A stretch of DNA of 63,284 nucleotides, counting the filler, from Folioceros fuciformis (lineage: Eukaryota): the NCBI GenBank assembly GCA_049999805.1. It is 4 parts of 2 records of this genome, joined end to end, with 100 filler letters (N's around TTAATTAATTAA, not from the genome) between each part and the next. Parts side by side here need not be neighbours in the genome. Positions count along the whole stretch, not along the records: positions 23,111 to 40,999 come from JBNGIO010006379.1; positions 41,100 to 60,771 come from JBNGIO010006379.1; 2 more parts are not named here. One strand, written 5' to 3'. The translations under genes and the position numbers were made by a program. Position 1 is the first letter of the stretch, and each line of letters begins with the position of its first letter. Positions 34,563-47,041 of the stretch are shown here, piece after piece. Below the pieces are notes generated by a model. It ran no database searches. It was not told the DNA's origin and saw only the letters and a list, made by a program, of their open reading frames with translations.

Positions 34563-37325
34563 AGCTAGGGATTCATGTAGTCGGAATGGTGGACAATATC
34601 AGAGTCCACGAGATGCCCCAGATTCGCCATGTGCTGATTCCTTCTGCAGGATAGCAACCAAGCCAGATTGACAAGGTCAGGAAAGTGTCGACTGTGCGCG
34701 TTAGGAAAATCACTCACCAGGAAAGGAAAGTAGAGCCAAACTTGTTGTAGGTGATAACCTGTCCAGCAATTTTTGCTGCAGTCGCCTCCTCATTTGTTTT
34801 CTTGTTCGTCTTGCCTCAACCACCTCGCCTTCCAGAGTCTTTTCTTCCGCGGTCCACTCCTTCACTAGAGCCTGGCCATCGACCTCAGTCTGGAAAAACG
34901 TAGATTGTCAGCCCACAGAGCGTTGAGAAGGCCTAGGGCTCCGGTTGCCCAGCACTTGGCTATTAAGGTGTGAAGGATGGGTTGCTAGGCGACTACCTCT
35001 GCCCTTTTCTTGTTCTGTAAGAACAGTAAGTCTCGGTCAAATCTCTCTGCATTCTGTCTATCAACTTCGTCTGCCTTTGCCTGATATTGCTGCTCGTATT
35101 CATGTTCTTGTTGCATAGCTCTTATTTCTCTGTTAAGCTCGCTGTTTGACCTGCAAAACACGCAGGTGATTTTTAACCTCGCCCTNNNNNNNNNNNNNNN
35201 NNNNNNNNNNNNNNNNNNNNNNNNNNNNNNNNNNNNNNNNNNNNNNNNNNNNNNNNNNNNNNNNNNNNNNNNNNNNNNNNNNNNNGTTTCATCCAGAGTT
35301 GCGGTTCCCTACTCGTGATGCTTCATGTCGTCTGCCATGTCTGCAAATCGATTCCTTACGGCCTTTAGTTCCTGCAGCCACAAGAGCTTGTCCCGTCTCA
35401 TTTCGTGCTCGATGGCTTTCAGTTCAACCGCTAGCTTCTTTCTGCTTGATGCGCTTTGCCGTCTTGTTTGCTGCAACTGTTCTTTAAATCTAAGGTCTGC
35501 TTGCCTTTGCTGAATCAGCCATATTGGAACTGAAGCTTCGGTGAGGAGGAGAAGAATCAAGATGGCATGTCTACATGCGGAGATAGTACCTTGAGATTTT
35601 GCCTAGGTTTACGTGGAAAGCAATGCAGCTGACCATATCCACCAATGCCGCTGTCGGCAAATAGGTCATGCCTAGACGATCCTCATCGACACCATTAGAG
35701 CATTTCTGCAGACCTCTACTGAATGCAGACACCACATGTGTAGCAGCTGGATTTGCTTGTGGATGTTCACATGCTTTGATCTACGCTGTTTACAGAATCT
35801 TGTACGGAAACTGGCAGTGAACTTGATGGAGACATAGAGAGGAAGTGGAAGACCTTGTCAGTCAACTTCCAGGGATGCGTCTCCACAGGAGGAGGGTCTT
35901 GACTAAGCGTGAATGTATTCGACCATTTCTCACATAATCCATTCACTGGATCAACATCTACCCACTCTTGTGGATTTTTCAGCCTCCAGTGTAAGTTCTT
36001 CCCATCTCCTCCTTTCCTCTTTATCAACCTGACACTAGTCTCGTGGCATTTCTTACTCCGGTTACCTGGGAGCTCTGCTTCACGCCTGCTATATGCGGAG
36101 TCATCACTAGAGCTGAGGCCATCATCCTCATGGGGATCAACCAGTGTGCGATACCTTCGGTGATCTACCCGTATTAATTTCTCAGGATCTTCATGACAGG
36201 CCTCCAGCTTCTTACTCAAACGGAGAGCATCCACATAACCCACTTCTGTGGCAGGATACACCACCACATTCTGTTGGTTGTGCTTCCCAGTAAAGACGGC
36301 CCGCACCTCCGTCAGCGTCCCCGTAGTCTCTCTTTCATCCTCAACCTTGTGAGCAGCTGCGTTGTTCACAAGCAACACGGGAGGCCAGAGGAACGAGGAT
36401 TCCGCGTCCACCTCCTCCTCGCCGTCCAGCCCAGGTTCACCGTAAATTGCCCTTCTCTCCTGCGATCCAGGTTGATCAGCCCTGAGCGCGTAGTAGAGCT
36501 CGCGGTAATAGCCATGGTCAGGTTCGTGCTTGCAGTGAAGGACCTTCTCGGCATGCACCATTCTGTCTTTCCACCCTTTGAAACGTTTAGGTTCAGGCAC
36601 TCTAGCAGCCGTGCTTCTTTCCTCCCTCTCGGAAAGGTCTCTCAGTCTCTTAAAATCCAACAGCTCCCGCATAGCTTCCCTCCTCCGCTTCATCATCCGG
36701 TACTCCCTTGTTGTCTCCAGACGTTCCTCATCCGACGAGTCATAATGGAAGAGCCGTTCCACTACACCGTGCTGCAGCATGGCCCCGGATCATTAGCTTG
36801 GGCTGGGCGCCTCCGTGCACACGTGAATCAGATCGCAAAAGTGTCGCACTACCATGACACGCAAACCAGAAACAAACAGACAGACAGTCAGAATTGCAAT
36901 ACCACAGGCTCCTGAGGATCGACCACATTTCTCGCCTCCTCCGCGGCGGATGGCCCCGCAATTCTGCCCGTGGGATGCCATATGCTGCGCCGTAGGTGCC
37001 TGCGGTGATCCTGCCGCTTGTGCTTCGATTCCCACTTCCTCTGAGTGCTGGCGTGGAAAGGATCGGGGTCCTCTGTGTCACCGCTCGCTCGTTTACGGCA
37101 GTTCCTGGCTACCAGCACATCCAGCCTCTTCCGCTGCTCCCTCTTGTCGAAATGCTCGTTATCCGAGTGATGCTCTTTCTCGTGGTCCGCCGCCAAGTGA
37201 TCCGCATCCCAGCTCTTGGCCTTGTGATGGCCCAGCGAGTAGCCTTGAACACGCTTTTCTTGCTCTTGCTCTTGCTCTTGCTCTTGCTCTTGCTCGTGTT
37301 CATCGGGGCTCATCGAATGGTCCAT
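34563..37325 (-). CDS. Divergent XS-domain plus coiled-coil protein (SGS3/IDN2-like); 3' end uncertain, spans an N gap
   Basis: FLWPPVLLVNN and VRAVFTGKHNQQNVVVYPATEVGYVDALRLSKKL resemble XS-domain motifs. Phase-compatible coiled-coil exons at about 35509-35313, 35150-34997, 34889-34759. First exon MDHSMSPDEH(EQ)n. Confidence 0.65.
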
Positions 37326-38199
37326 TGAGCGCTCACCCCATGCACGGGAAAAGCTACGGCTGAATAGGGGGGCTGGAACCACCCCGTTCCCTACCTGTCA
37401 GTTCCAATGACAGGGCACAGTTATCCTGCCCGCATCTCCAGAAGCTGCCCTACCGGTGCCAAAGCACGAGCGACAGAAGCCCAGCCTGTGCACATTTCTC
37501 TGCCTCGAATGCCCTTCCCTCCCAATTAAGGTGGTGTTCTTGAAGGAATGCGTCGGTTGGTCTCGTATATCTCCTGTCCCTGAGACGCGCGCTCCATGAC
37601 CGCTGTCCCAGTTCCGCCGCCGCAGAAACTTCCCTTGAGCGCTAGACTTGGAGTGCGAGTGCAGCGTGCGGCACGTTGCGCTCTACTCTTTCCATTCACC
37701 CACTCTTCACTGAAATATACATACCTGGGAGCCGGCGCGTCCATGCATGAGGCCGAGGTCGAGGTACGCAGCACGTGCGTATCACTACAAACTGGACGTG
37801 TTGTCTGATGTCATGTCAGTGAAGCGGACAAACGCAAATGCACACGCCAGTGACCTGTTGTGGCGTACCAAGCTGCCCTTATCAAAATGGACTCCACAGT
37901 GCAAACGTAGATATTAGGCCCGAGGCCGTGTATAGCTTGCACAAGACGGAGCGGTAGCGCGACCTGCGCGGAACCATTAAAGGCGACTAGCTTGATACGT
38001 ATGGGAAGAGTTTTTATTTGTTAATTTTAGGGTTCACTTAAACTTGATCTATTATATTTTTCGTTTTATACTTCCTTCTCTCATGCCTGTGATGATGGGT
38101 TGGGTCGTTTTGTTCATTGGAATCTAGTTGTGTCCCTTTATGTGATGTTCTTGTAAAGGTAGAGAAAATGTATGCTTGCAATTGGTGAGAGGTATCATC

Positions 38200-38760
38200 C
38201 ATAATAGAACTTTGGGAAGAACTTCATATGAAAGCTTGGCACTTGGAGGATCAATATTGGTGAAGAAGTTTAGGAGATATCAATATTGGCGAAGAAAGCA
38301 TTAAATGTCCTACCCTACTTTTGTGATCCTTGTTCATTAGTTGTAGCCCTTGCCAATACACACATCACCCAGAACACCTTACCATATAAAAAGTTGTTTC
38401 TTTGGTGTTGCATAGTTTGGAATAAGGTCTACCTTCATCCCTTCAGCGACTGTGGTCTCCCAAGTATGGAGTTGGTGATGCCATAGCTGTTTAGTATACA
38501 AAACTCATTGTTTCCATCTTAAGTGATCCTACAAAGTTATATTATGCATTTATAGTCATTCCATTAGCTCTACAAAGTAGTATTATGCATTTACAGTCAT
38601 TCCATTAGCTCTACAAAGTTATATTATGCATTTATAGCCATTCCATTAGCTCAAAGGCAAATTGACATATATATCGCATGCTTTTGAGGAGTGGACCTTA
38701 TTACCTAACATTATTGGTCCTATGGATGGATCTCTCATCAAGTTCGTAGTCCAAGTCTTG
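38200..38760 (+). mobile_element. PIF/Harbinger transposase relic
   Basis: QYWRRKH*MSYPTF (38281-38322) resembles W...FRMS..TF; LPNIIGPMDGSLIK (38701-38742) resembles P.CIGAIDGTHI. Confidence 0.65.
38529..38652. repeat. 41-bp tandem repeat x3 within the Harbinger relic
   Basis: CTACAAAGTTATATTATGCATTTATAGTCATTCCATTAGCT at 38529, 38570 and 38611. Confidence 0.92.
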
Positions 38761-39051
38761 AGTAGTACACTCTTATAGCCTATCACTACAAGTAATAAAG
38801 TCAAGTCTCAAGTTATACACTCTTTAATCCTATCACTACAAATATAACATGCATTATATTGTATAGTGCCAAAATACTGGCCAAGGCTGCTTGCCCAGCA
38901 CAAGCACGTGGGCTCACATAGCTCATGTAAAGCAACTTGGTGATGATCACCAAACATGGAGCCAACATGGCGATGGAGAAAACCAGTTGTCCAAGTTTCT
39001 CGTTAGAGGAACTACAGGAAAACGTAATTCCCTTTGTTGTGCACTGGCCTT

Positions 39052-40815
39052 GGCCTTCTGTGAAAGCAAGAGTTGTTTTCTATGTTTGGTGCAAGATTGT
39101 GAGTGTAAGGGTGATGGTGGCATTCTGCAAGTGACTTACCAACTCCGAGTAGCCCGGCAAGAGTAGCCTCTTTTTTGCAGTTTTATGACATGGAGTGGGC
39201 TCTAGGCATGTGAGTAGCCTAGCATCTTACTTCAACAACTACTTCAATTTGGTGATAAGGGCACGGACGAGGAGCTCTTAGAGCGTAGTCAAGCAACTAC
39301 AACGAGGCAATATTCGTGGAGCATTCATTTAGACACATTAATGTGACGTCTACCATTTTCCCTTTTGCATTTCTAGGGATTTTGGGTTTGTAGGGACTCT
39401 GGGGGTGCAACCAAACATGTGCATGCAGGCAACAGCCCTGGAGAATCCCTGCCGCAATTCAGCTCGGCTACCTTTGATCTACATACCAACATATTTGTCT
39501 CATAGAGGCAACATTTTGGTATGCTTTGCGCTCACTTTTAAGCCAATTCCAAGGACTGACCTTACATTTTCAGTGTGGATCAGATTATTACAACAGGTGA
39601 GACATGGCTGATTGTGGGTGCTTTGGAGAGGGACAAATTTCTGTTCTCTCATGACTCAAGAACCATTGTGTTTTCTTGCTTTCTAATAACAGCTACAACT
39701 GCCCAAAGGCTTAGGGGACTGAGATTTCCTGGGGTTGAGATTTTCACAAAACTGAGATTATTTAGGTAGGGAGTAGCTGAGCTTTGCTCATAGTCATTCC
39801 GGCTGGGGGGCAGCTTACAACTAAGACCTGTTGTAGCATAAAGGGAGGCCACCACCAGGAATTTGGTGAGAGGAACTAACCCTCGTTTCTTGGTGACATT
39901 TGCTAGGTGATGCACTCGTGTTTGGTTGGAGACCACACACTTAGGGGCCTCATTCCATCTTTGAGAGCAGGGGTTTCATTTAGCGACTAGTAGCAGCTAG
40001 TGGAAGGAGCCTGTGGGTCCAGCTGAAGCAGTGCATAGCTTCCCAGTGAGAGTCATTTCTCTAGGCCCGGTGCTATCAATCGCAGCACAACACCTCACTT
40101 TCTTTGCCAAGTAGCAATTGTAGGTTTAATAGGTGTGCAAGCTGATGCAATTCAGTTCGGTGTGCATGGGGCATGCAACCAGACCAGCCCACATTATTGA
40201 TTGAGAAGTCGAGACGTTCCTTTTAGGGCATCACTAGAGTGTGCACAACGTAGGCAAAGGTGGGCAGCTTGACTGTGCCAACTTGCAAGTGAAGAAGACG
40301 CAAGAGAGGAGCTAGAGCCAGCAACTTTAGTTGGGCAACCCAGCTAGTCACCCCTCTTAGATCTGTGCAGGATTGTTGTGCTAACCAACTCAAATTCAGA
40401 GGGTCCGCCAGATTGTCACGAGGGACTTGGACAACAAAGGTCTCTCAATTCACAGCCATCATTCGTGGGGTCATAGGAGGCACATCTACGGTTTGCTGGG
40501 CCTGTCCTCGGTGCATGGCAAGGCTAGCCAGGATGGAGAGTGGTTCATCAGGGCTAAGGCAGGAGAAATTCTTAGGCAGGCTGCTTGAGAATTCGCTTGA
40601 AGTCGCTCATTAGAGGAACTTCTGGGAAACCTAAACCCCTTTCTTATACACCGGCCTTTTATGAAAGCAAGAGTTGTTTTCAATGTCTGGTGCAAGATCA
40701 TGAGTACAAGGGTGATGGTGACATTCTGCAAGTGACTTACCAACTTTGGGCAAACCGACGAGTGCAGCCCCTTCTTTTGTAGTTATACGGCGTGCGTGGA
40801 GTGGGCTGAGGAATG
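39052..40815. repeat. Dispersed diverged direct repeat (about 39052-39210 and 40653-40815), probably TE-derived
   Basis: TGAAAGCAAGAGTTGTTTT..GGTGCAAGAT..AAGGGTGATGGTG.CATTCTGCAAGTGACTTACCAACT in both copies. Confidence 0.85.
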
Positions 40816-41134
40816 GGCAGGCTTTTTATTTTCTTTTTTTTAGTGCATAAGCCATTAGCCTTGCCAATTGATGGGCTGAAGCACTTACAACAAGTGATGC
40901 CGAAAGCACAACATATAGGACAATTGCAACTATCACTACAAGTAATACAACATGCATTGTACTATATGGTGCTTCAAGTTTTATATGACAATGAATAGAN
41001 NNNNNNNNNNNNNNNNNNNNNNNNNNNNNNNNNNNNNNNNNNNTTAATTAATTAANNNNNNNNNNNNNNNNNNNNNNNNNNNNNNNNNNNNNNNNNNNNC
41101 TGGGTCCGCTGCGCTCCTTGTTCGGCCGCAGTAC

Positions 41135-43483
41135 ATGCCTCGGGAGCGAGATCGAGGGCGAGGCCAGGAGCGGGAGCCGTCTCGAAGTCGCGTGCGAGAA
41201 AGGGAGAGGGAGAGGGAGAGAGAGCGGCATCGTGAACGCGAGCCTCGGCAGGTGGAGGTGAGAAGTCGTTGCAATTTGCGTTTTCGTTGTCGCAGCCGCA
41301 GTCGCAGTATGTCAAGACGCTCACTGAGGCTGCGTCGTGGGTGGTTTGTTCATCAGAAGTTTCGTAGCAAGAAGGGAAGGATGAGACAAGCGTCACCTCC
41401 ACCGGCCGCGTTGTTGAGGCAGGGTGCTGCTGCCGGAAAGTCTAAGAGGAAGCAACCATTGACGCTCGGACCAGGAGGGCCGGGCTGGTGCAAACTGTGT
41501 CAAGTTGAGTGCAACACGGAAGATATGCTGCAACAGCACATCGCTGGAAAGAGGCATAAGAGGCATCTGCAAAAGCTGGACGGCGATTTGGACGGGAGCA
41601 AAGGAAGAGCATCTTCTGCCTCGGACCGGCAGGGGATGGAGGAAGTGAGTGGATCTGATTTTGCAGGCCTCGATGGATCAGACCTGGGCAAGAAAAGTAG
41701 CAGCAATGAGTTGGAGATAGAAGAACAAAAATCAAAAAAGCCGCGGCTGGATGACAGCGGTTCTGAAATAGGCACGTTAGATTTCAGTACTAGCATTGGA
41801 ATGGAGCTGTCAGCCAAACCAATGGAAGTATCTTCTAGACTTGATGAGGGTGAGCAGGAGGTAGAGGGGAAAGAGCAGGGCACGGGTAGTCCTGCTAATG
41901 TACAAGTATTGCGGGATAATGAAGACTGTACAGCTCCAAACTGCGGAAAGGAAGACTCAGTACGTTCCCTTGGACATAGTGACAGTGAAGGTGCAAAGAC
42001 GGAAGAATTGGTTGCATGTTCTTCATTGCAGCCCAAGATTGTGGAGGAGACAACACAAGCCAGTCAGCAAGGAGACGCAAACATAAGTAAGGACCCCATA
42101 GAGCAAGGTGTATGCGCTAGCGTGCAGCGTGCTGATGTTGGAACGTCACCACATGAGCAAGTCATAGATAGTGAGGATGAATGGAATGATGAAGAGGTGG
42201 ATTCGTGTGAGAAGCTAGTAGTTGTTCAGAATGTTTTAACGCGTGAGGTCCCTATAGGTATAGTAAATGCTTCAGCCAATGACAAGGTCACTGACTGTGA
42301 AGACTGTTTGGAGCTACTAGATTATGAGGACCTTTTGACTGATGAGGAGGGTTTGCATGTGATGGGACATGTTGAGGATGATACTGCGTATGAAGGTGAG
42401 AGAATTCAAAACTGTGATCCGGATTTGCTTGTGAAATTCCCCTGTGGGCTTGAACAAGATGTGAAAGAGGATGGCAGTGCAGAGCGTCTACAATTATGCT
42501 TAAGGGCAGTCCTAGACAAGAGTGTTGCTACTTCTAGTGGTGATTCTAAAGATGTAGTTAAGTCGCCTAGTGGACTATCCCTCCAGGGTGAGGTGATAGC
42601 AGGTGGTGGAGGGTCCATAGAAGCTGACACGTCTCTGGATGGTGAGGTTCCTATGGATGTTGAAGAGTTTGTAGTCAAAGGAAATGCGGTAAGTATTTGG
42701 GCAGAACCTGTTGGAATTAGTTCTGGTGGAACGAGACACTTGCATGAGGATCTGATCGGTGGAATCATTTCTGAGAACGAAAGTGCATCCTCTGGCGACA
42801 CAATCCTTCTTGATGAAGCCTCTAGTGAGAGTGAGCAACCTATAGATGACGAAATGACGCTGATATGTAAGGAAATGTGCCGTTGTGATAGTCTCTTTGA
42901 TGAGGATGAGGAGCTGCATGATCTGTGTGAGGAACGGTCAGACATGAACCATGACGTGGCAGGTCCTGGAGACTGTGTGGACTTGGGAGTCAGTGTGCAT
43001 GGTGAGCAGGAGGCTGGGCCTGCTACTTACATTGATGTTGCAAAGAAAGATGAAGTTCTAAAAGCTTTTGGCAACGGTCTGAGTGATGGCAAAGGGGTGA
43101 CTGGCCTGATAGTTGACAAGATGTATGTGGTTGAGAGTTCAGAAGAGACTATGATAGGTGGCAGTTCAGGGAATGTTTCAAGATATGGTGAAGAGACAAG
43201 GAATGTAGAGATTTTGACCGATAATGAGAACCTAGTTGCAGCTGGTGAACACTTGAGGACAGATGTAGATGCTGATAAGGCCTCGGATGCAGGAAGTTCT
43301 GCAGATCATTTGTCCAAGGGGGATTGTTTTGACAATACAGAAAGTGACGACAGTGATGGTTACCTGCCACTGGTGGAAGATGAGGTACCTGTTGAGGTCC
43401 TTGAGGATGATGTATCAGGTGGCGCCTTTGGAGAGAATGCCAGACTCTTGAATTTTGGTAAGGCTGGTCCAGATGCTTTTTAG
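41135..43483 (+). CDS. U1/matrin-type C2H2 zinc-finger protein with RE/RS-rich N-terminus and long acidic tail; 5' end probably lost in gap
   Basis: 782-aa ORF; WCKLCQVECNTEDMLQQHIAGKRHKR; RERERE and RSRSRS tracts. Confidence 0.8.
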   Translation: MPRERDRGRGQEREPSRSRVRERERERERERHREREPRQVEVRSRCNLRFRCRSRSRSMSRRSLRLRRGWFVHQKFRSKKGRMRQASPPPAALLRQGAAAGKSKRKQPLTLGPGGPGWCKLCQVECNTEDMLQQHIAGKRHKRHLQKLDGDLDGSKGRASSASDRQGMEEVSGSDFAGLDGSDLGKKSSSNELEIEEQKSKKPRLDDSGSEIGTLDFSTSIGMELSAKPMEVSSRLDEGEQEVEGKEQGTGSPANVQVLRDNEDCTAPNCGKEDSVRSLGHSDSEGAKTEELVACSSLQPKIVEETTQASQQGDANISKDPIEQGVCASVQRADVGTSPHEQVIDSEDEWNDEEVDSCEKLVVVQNVLTREVPIGIVNASANDKVTDCEDCLELLDYEDLLTDEEGLHVMGHVEDDTAYEGERIQNCDPDLLVKFPCGLEQDVKEDGSAERLQLCLRAVLDKSVATSSGDSKDVVKSPSGLSLQGEVIAGGGGSIEADTSLDGEVPMDVEEFVVKGNAVSIWAEPVGISSGGTRHLHEDLIGGIISENESASSGDTILLDEASSESEQPIDDEMTLICKEMCRCDSLFDEDEELHDLCEERSDMNHDVAGPGDCVDLGVSVHGEQEAGPATYIDVAKKDEVLKAFGNGLSDGKGVTGLIVDKMYVVESSEETMIGGSSGNVSRYGEETRNVEILTDNENLVAAGEHLRTDVDADKASDAGSSADHLSKGDCFDNTESDDSDGYLPLVEDEVPVEVLEDDVSGGAFGENARLLNFGKAGPDAF

Positions 43484-46400
43484 CTTCCGGAAATGATCTG
43501 TTCATTGGCTGGATTGACGTGATCCTTTGTTATTGGAACGTGGTGCAAAGTGGACAGCAGCTGTGGATGATGATGATATTCTGGAGATGAGTCTCTAAGC
43601 TGTGGCTGGTTCAGCAGGTGTTGGTGTGGATATCACACAGAGCTCTCAAGATCCTACAGATGTCAACTCACCTGTGACAGTTCAGAAACTGGAAATGCCC
43701 TTACTGGGAATCGGGATAGATGGAGGCTTGCTGCAGACTGCATGACGTCTGCATCCAATTACACACCACGGTGACATGTAAGTGGGGAAGTGGGATTACG
43801 GTAATGGTCAATGTGTCATTGAATTTGACGATCACTTCAAGTGATTGGCCTTTGCTTCAGACGGGCAGATCAGTATGCTGTCTGGTGCCCACCATCCTTT
43901 CTGAGTCAGCTTCCATGTGTGGATTGCAGTATGGTGAAACTGCCTCACGAGGATTGAAAGAGCCATCAAGGCTATGGCTCAGTGTTGGAGGTGAGATAGA
44001 AGCACGGTTACGTCTCATGTTCTGTGACAAGTTTCCTCCGATTAGCTCTGGTATTGAATGGCCACCCAGTTGTTTCGTGAGCCGGGAGAGATTTCAGTTT
44101 ATGGTCTGCACAGGAAGCAGAAGGTTGAACCACTGATTGATCAGTGTTGAATTCAGATCTCTGCTAACATCTTAAGGTGGCAAGCTTAGTTTGTGAGGCA
44201 CCTGAGAAGATGGGATCAAGTAGGGGAGTAGATAGGTTTTTCTTGTATGTAGTAATTGACAACATGTGGATCATTGGATTTGAACAATTTACTGGAAACA
44301 TAACCCTAAGGCCCTGTAAGTCTCGCTCATCAGGTTTCGCTGTTGGAATATCTAGCTTGCTAACGTGTGCCCCAAATTCGGTTGCCTGCACATCTGCATT
44401 CGATATCTATGCAGCTGATGCCGCCAGCCCTTTTGAGCCATGATGCCTGAGCCACACCCTTCCCTTGAAGCTGGAAGGCAGCTTTGGTCAGGGCAACATA
44501 AAGTTTGTTCTTTCTGATTTGGTTTGCAGGGAACTCTCTCTGGTCAGAGCTTTGCTTGAGGATAGCATTTGCAGAAGCAGTGGCAATAGTCCTGCCAGTT
44601 GAACATTTCAAGGAGGAAGAGGGGCACTTCAATAGGGAATCTCCTTTTACACATCATGGAATTTCCGAAGCCCTTCCTCCCTTGGGAACAACAAGTCTCA
44701 ATGGAGAGGTGATTGTTGTTTACAAGAGAAGTGTGTTGTCAGTGAGTTCTGATGAAGTATGACAGTTGTGTGGTCACATGGTGAAGTCCGCTGTGCAAAG
44801 ATGAGTATGCTGCCTGTTATGTGTGATTGGATCAGTTTCTTAACATTTAGAGCCTTTGACTTTATCTATCTTGCCTGCTTGTTGTTGCGATCATCCTTAA
44901 TTGGTTAAAGTTCACAGTCCGTGTGTTCGATCTCTAAATCTTGAGCTGTTTCGTCTGTTAGTAAAGACTTCACTCCAGGATGGCAGTTTTTCTGTTAACT
45001 GCCGAGCAGAAAGTTTCGCTACTGAGCTGAGGTTGTCATGTGCGCAGCTGTTTGACCTGCAGAATTACCTGTCACACTGTGACGGTTTGAAGGGTGGATC
45101 CAGAGACACTGGAACTCCGCTGTTACTTACAAGCGGCCTGCTGGAGGCGGGGGTGTCAGGTGAGGGCACGGATGCCGGTTCTCCTCAGGGTGTGGAAACC
45201 GGGTTCCTGGGACAGCACGCATGTCTAGATTCCTTTGCAGCCTCGGTTACTAACGGCGTGCCTGTGCTTTCAGAGCGGTTTGGGCTTTGGATGATTCGAG
45301 CGGTATGCCGTTGGCGACGAAGGCATCTTTAGCGACAGCAATCTTACATGATGGTGATGGAGCTTCCAATAGTCATTGACGACGTATTATTGATTACTTG
45401 GGCGCTGCCCCTGATATGAGAACATGGCGTCTCGTGTCCAGGATGTCGGACAAGCCACAGGGCCACATGGATCATGATGGTGCATTGGCACTACCAACGT
45501 ACTAGGTCGCCCATTTCTATGATACACACATACACCTGCAAATGGGATGCTACTATGGTTCACAGTCTGGGAGTGGTTGTGGCCAGTGGCCAGTGGCCAG
45601 CGAGACGGGTAGGTGCAGCGGAGCAGGCCACAGAAAGAGCGAACGGAACTGTCGCTTGTGGTTTCAAACTTTCTTCACCCATGGACTGGCCTGTTTTCAG
45701 TCAGTCACAGGAGAAGCGTGTATTGACCAAGGGCCTCGTGGACCGCAGAAGACTGGTTTCTGACAGTTCAACACAACAGCACACGCATGTCGTTCACAGT
45801 ACATGTATGTATGTACATAGGTACATAAGTACACGGGATGAGGCTCTGGCACCACACCACCCGCGACAGCCAGGCAGGCAGGAGACGGAAATGGCATCTG
45901 TGTATAGGGATGGACTTCTGGAGAGGCAGGTACTGTGCGCTATTCCCATCAATCCTGGAGTCACTCTGTGGTAGAAAGCTGATGATGGGCCCTATCTTGT
46001 CCCTGCATATGCCCCCGTCTGTGACCTTTGCTGGGGCCCCGGTCTCTTAGCTTCTGAGGAGGAAAAAAGTACACATGAGAGCGTCCATGTGCTCCGCAAT
46101 GAAAGGCTCAATGCGGAGGTTTAATTGCCCTCAGGTTTGCAGGCGGCGTCCCGTGCACTCATCAGTAATGAACGGTGCACGGTTGCGGGTTACAGGCAGG
46201 GAGGTCCCCCGTGCAAGGAAGTGATGGATGCAGAGCTTGGCGAAGTTGTACTGTGTAGTGTGCAATGTGAAAAGGGCAGTGCGCAATGTGAAAAGGGCAG
46301 TGCGGGCAGCTTGTCCTTGCCATAAGGCCCTGGAGGCTGGGCCCCGGCGCCAACAGACGCATGCAAGGACAGCAAGTGGCCGGAACATGATGGCAACTGC

Positions 46401-47041
46401 AAGGGCATGAAGATGCGGACGAGCTGCTCCAGCGGCCTGCGCTCTCTCTTCTCTCTGTATCTACAGTACACAACAGAAGCGATCTGAGGCATTAATAAGT
46501 CGAGATGATTGAACGAGAGGGGCCGCCCACGCTAGTTACCATCCTGGAACAACTCGAGTTTACCTTCCAACCTGTTCTGAGGGACTTGATGACGTCGGGA
46601 TCAGTTCATTTTGTTCCTGCGCACCACATTTTCTCTAGAAAGAGTGTGTGGGCCATGAGATCTGCAGCTCGGACAGCGCCAGCCGGCGTGGAGGCAGATA
46701 GCAGGGCGGCCTGCCCCCTGGATGCGCCTGGCTTGACCGGTCCATGTCTTCTTGGATGCGATCGGGAGAGCCTCGGGACTGGCACTCCTGCATCGTCCCT
46801 GCAGATCGCTTTGGGCTGAGTAGGAGCGTAGTCGCGGCGTCTCTTAAGTCTTGGGCTGCGGATTGCGTAATTGTGTTGGATATGAGGCGATGAGGGGAGG
46901 GGGATGCGGGCAGGAACTTGTGGGTTTGTATTTGGTTCACGGGTGGATGAATCTGGCAGAAGGAAGCTACGGTAGGAGAGCAGGCAGCAGAGGAGTCGCG
47001 TAGCTGGACATTTATGGAACTCCGAGCACCGGCCAGCCAAG

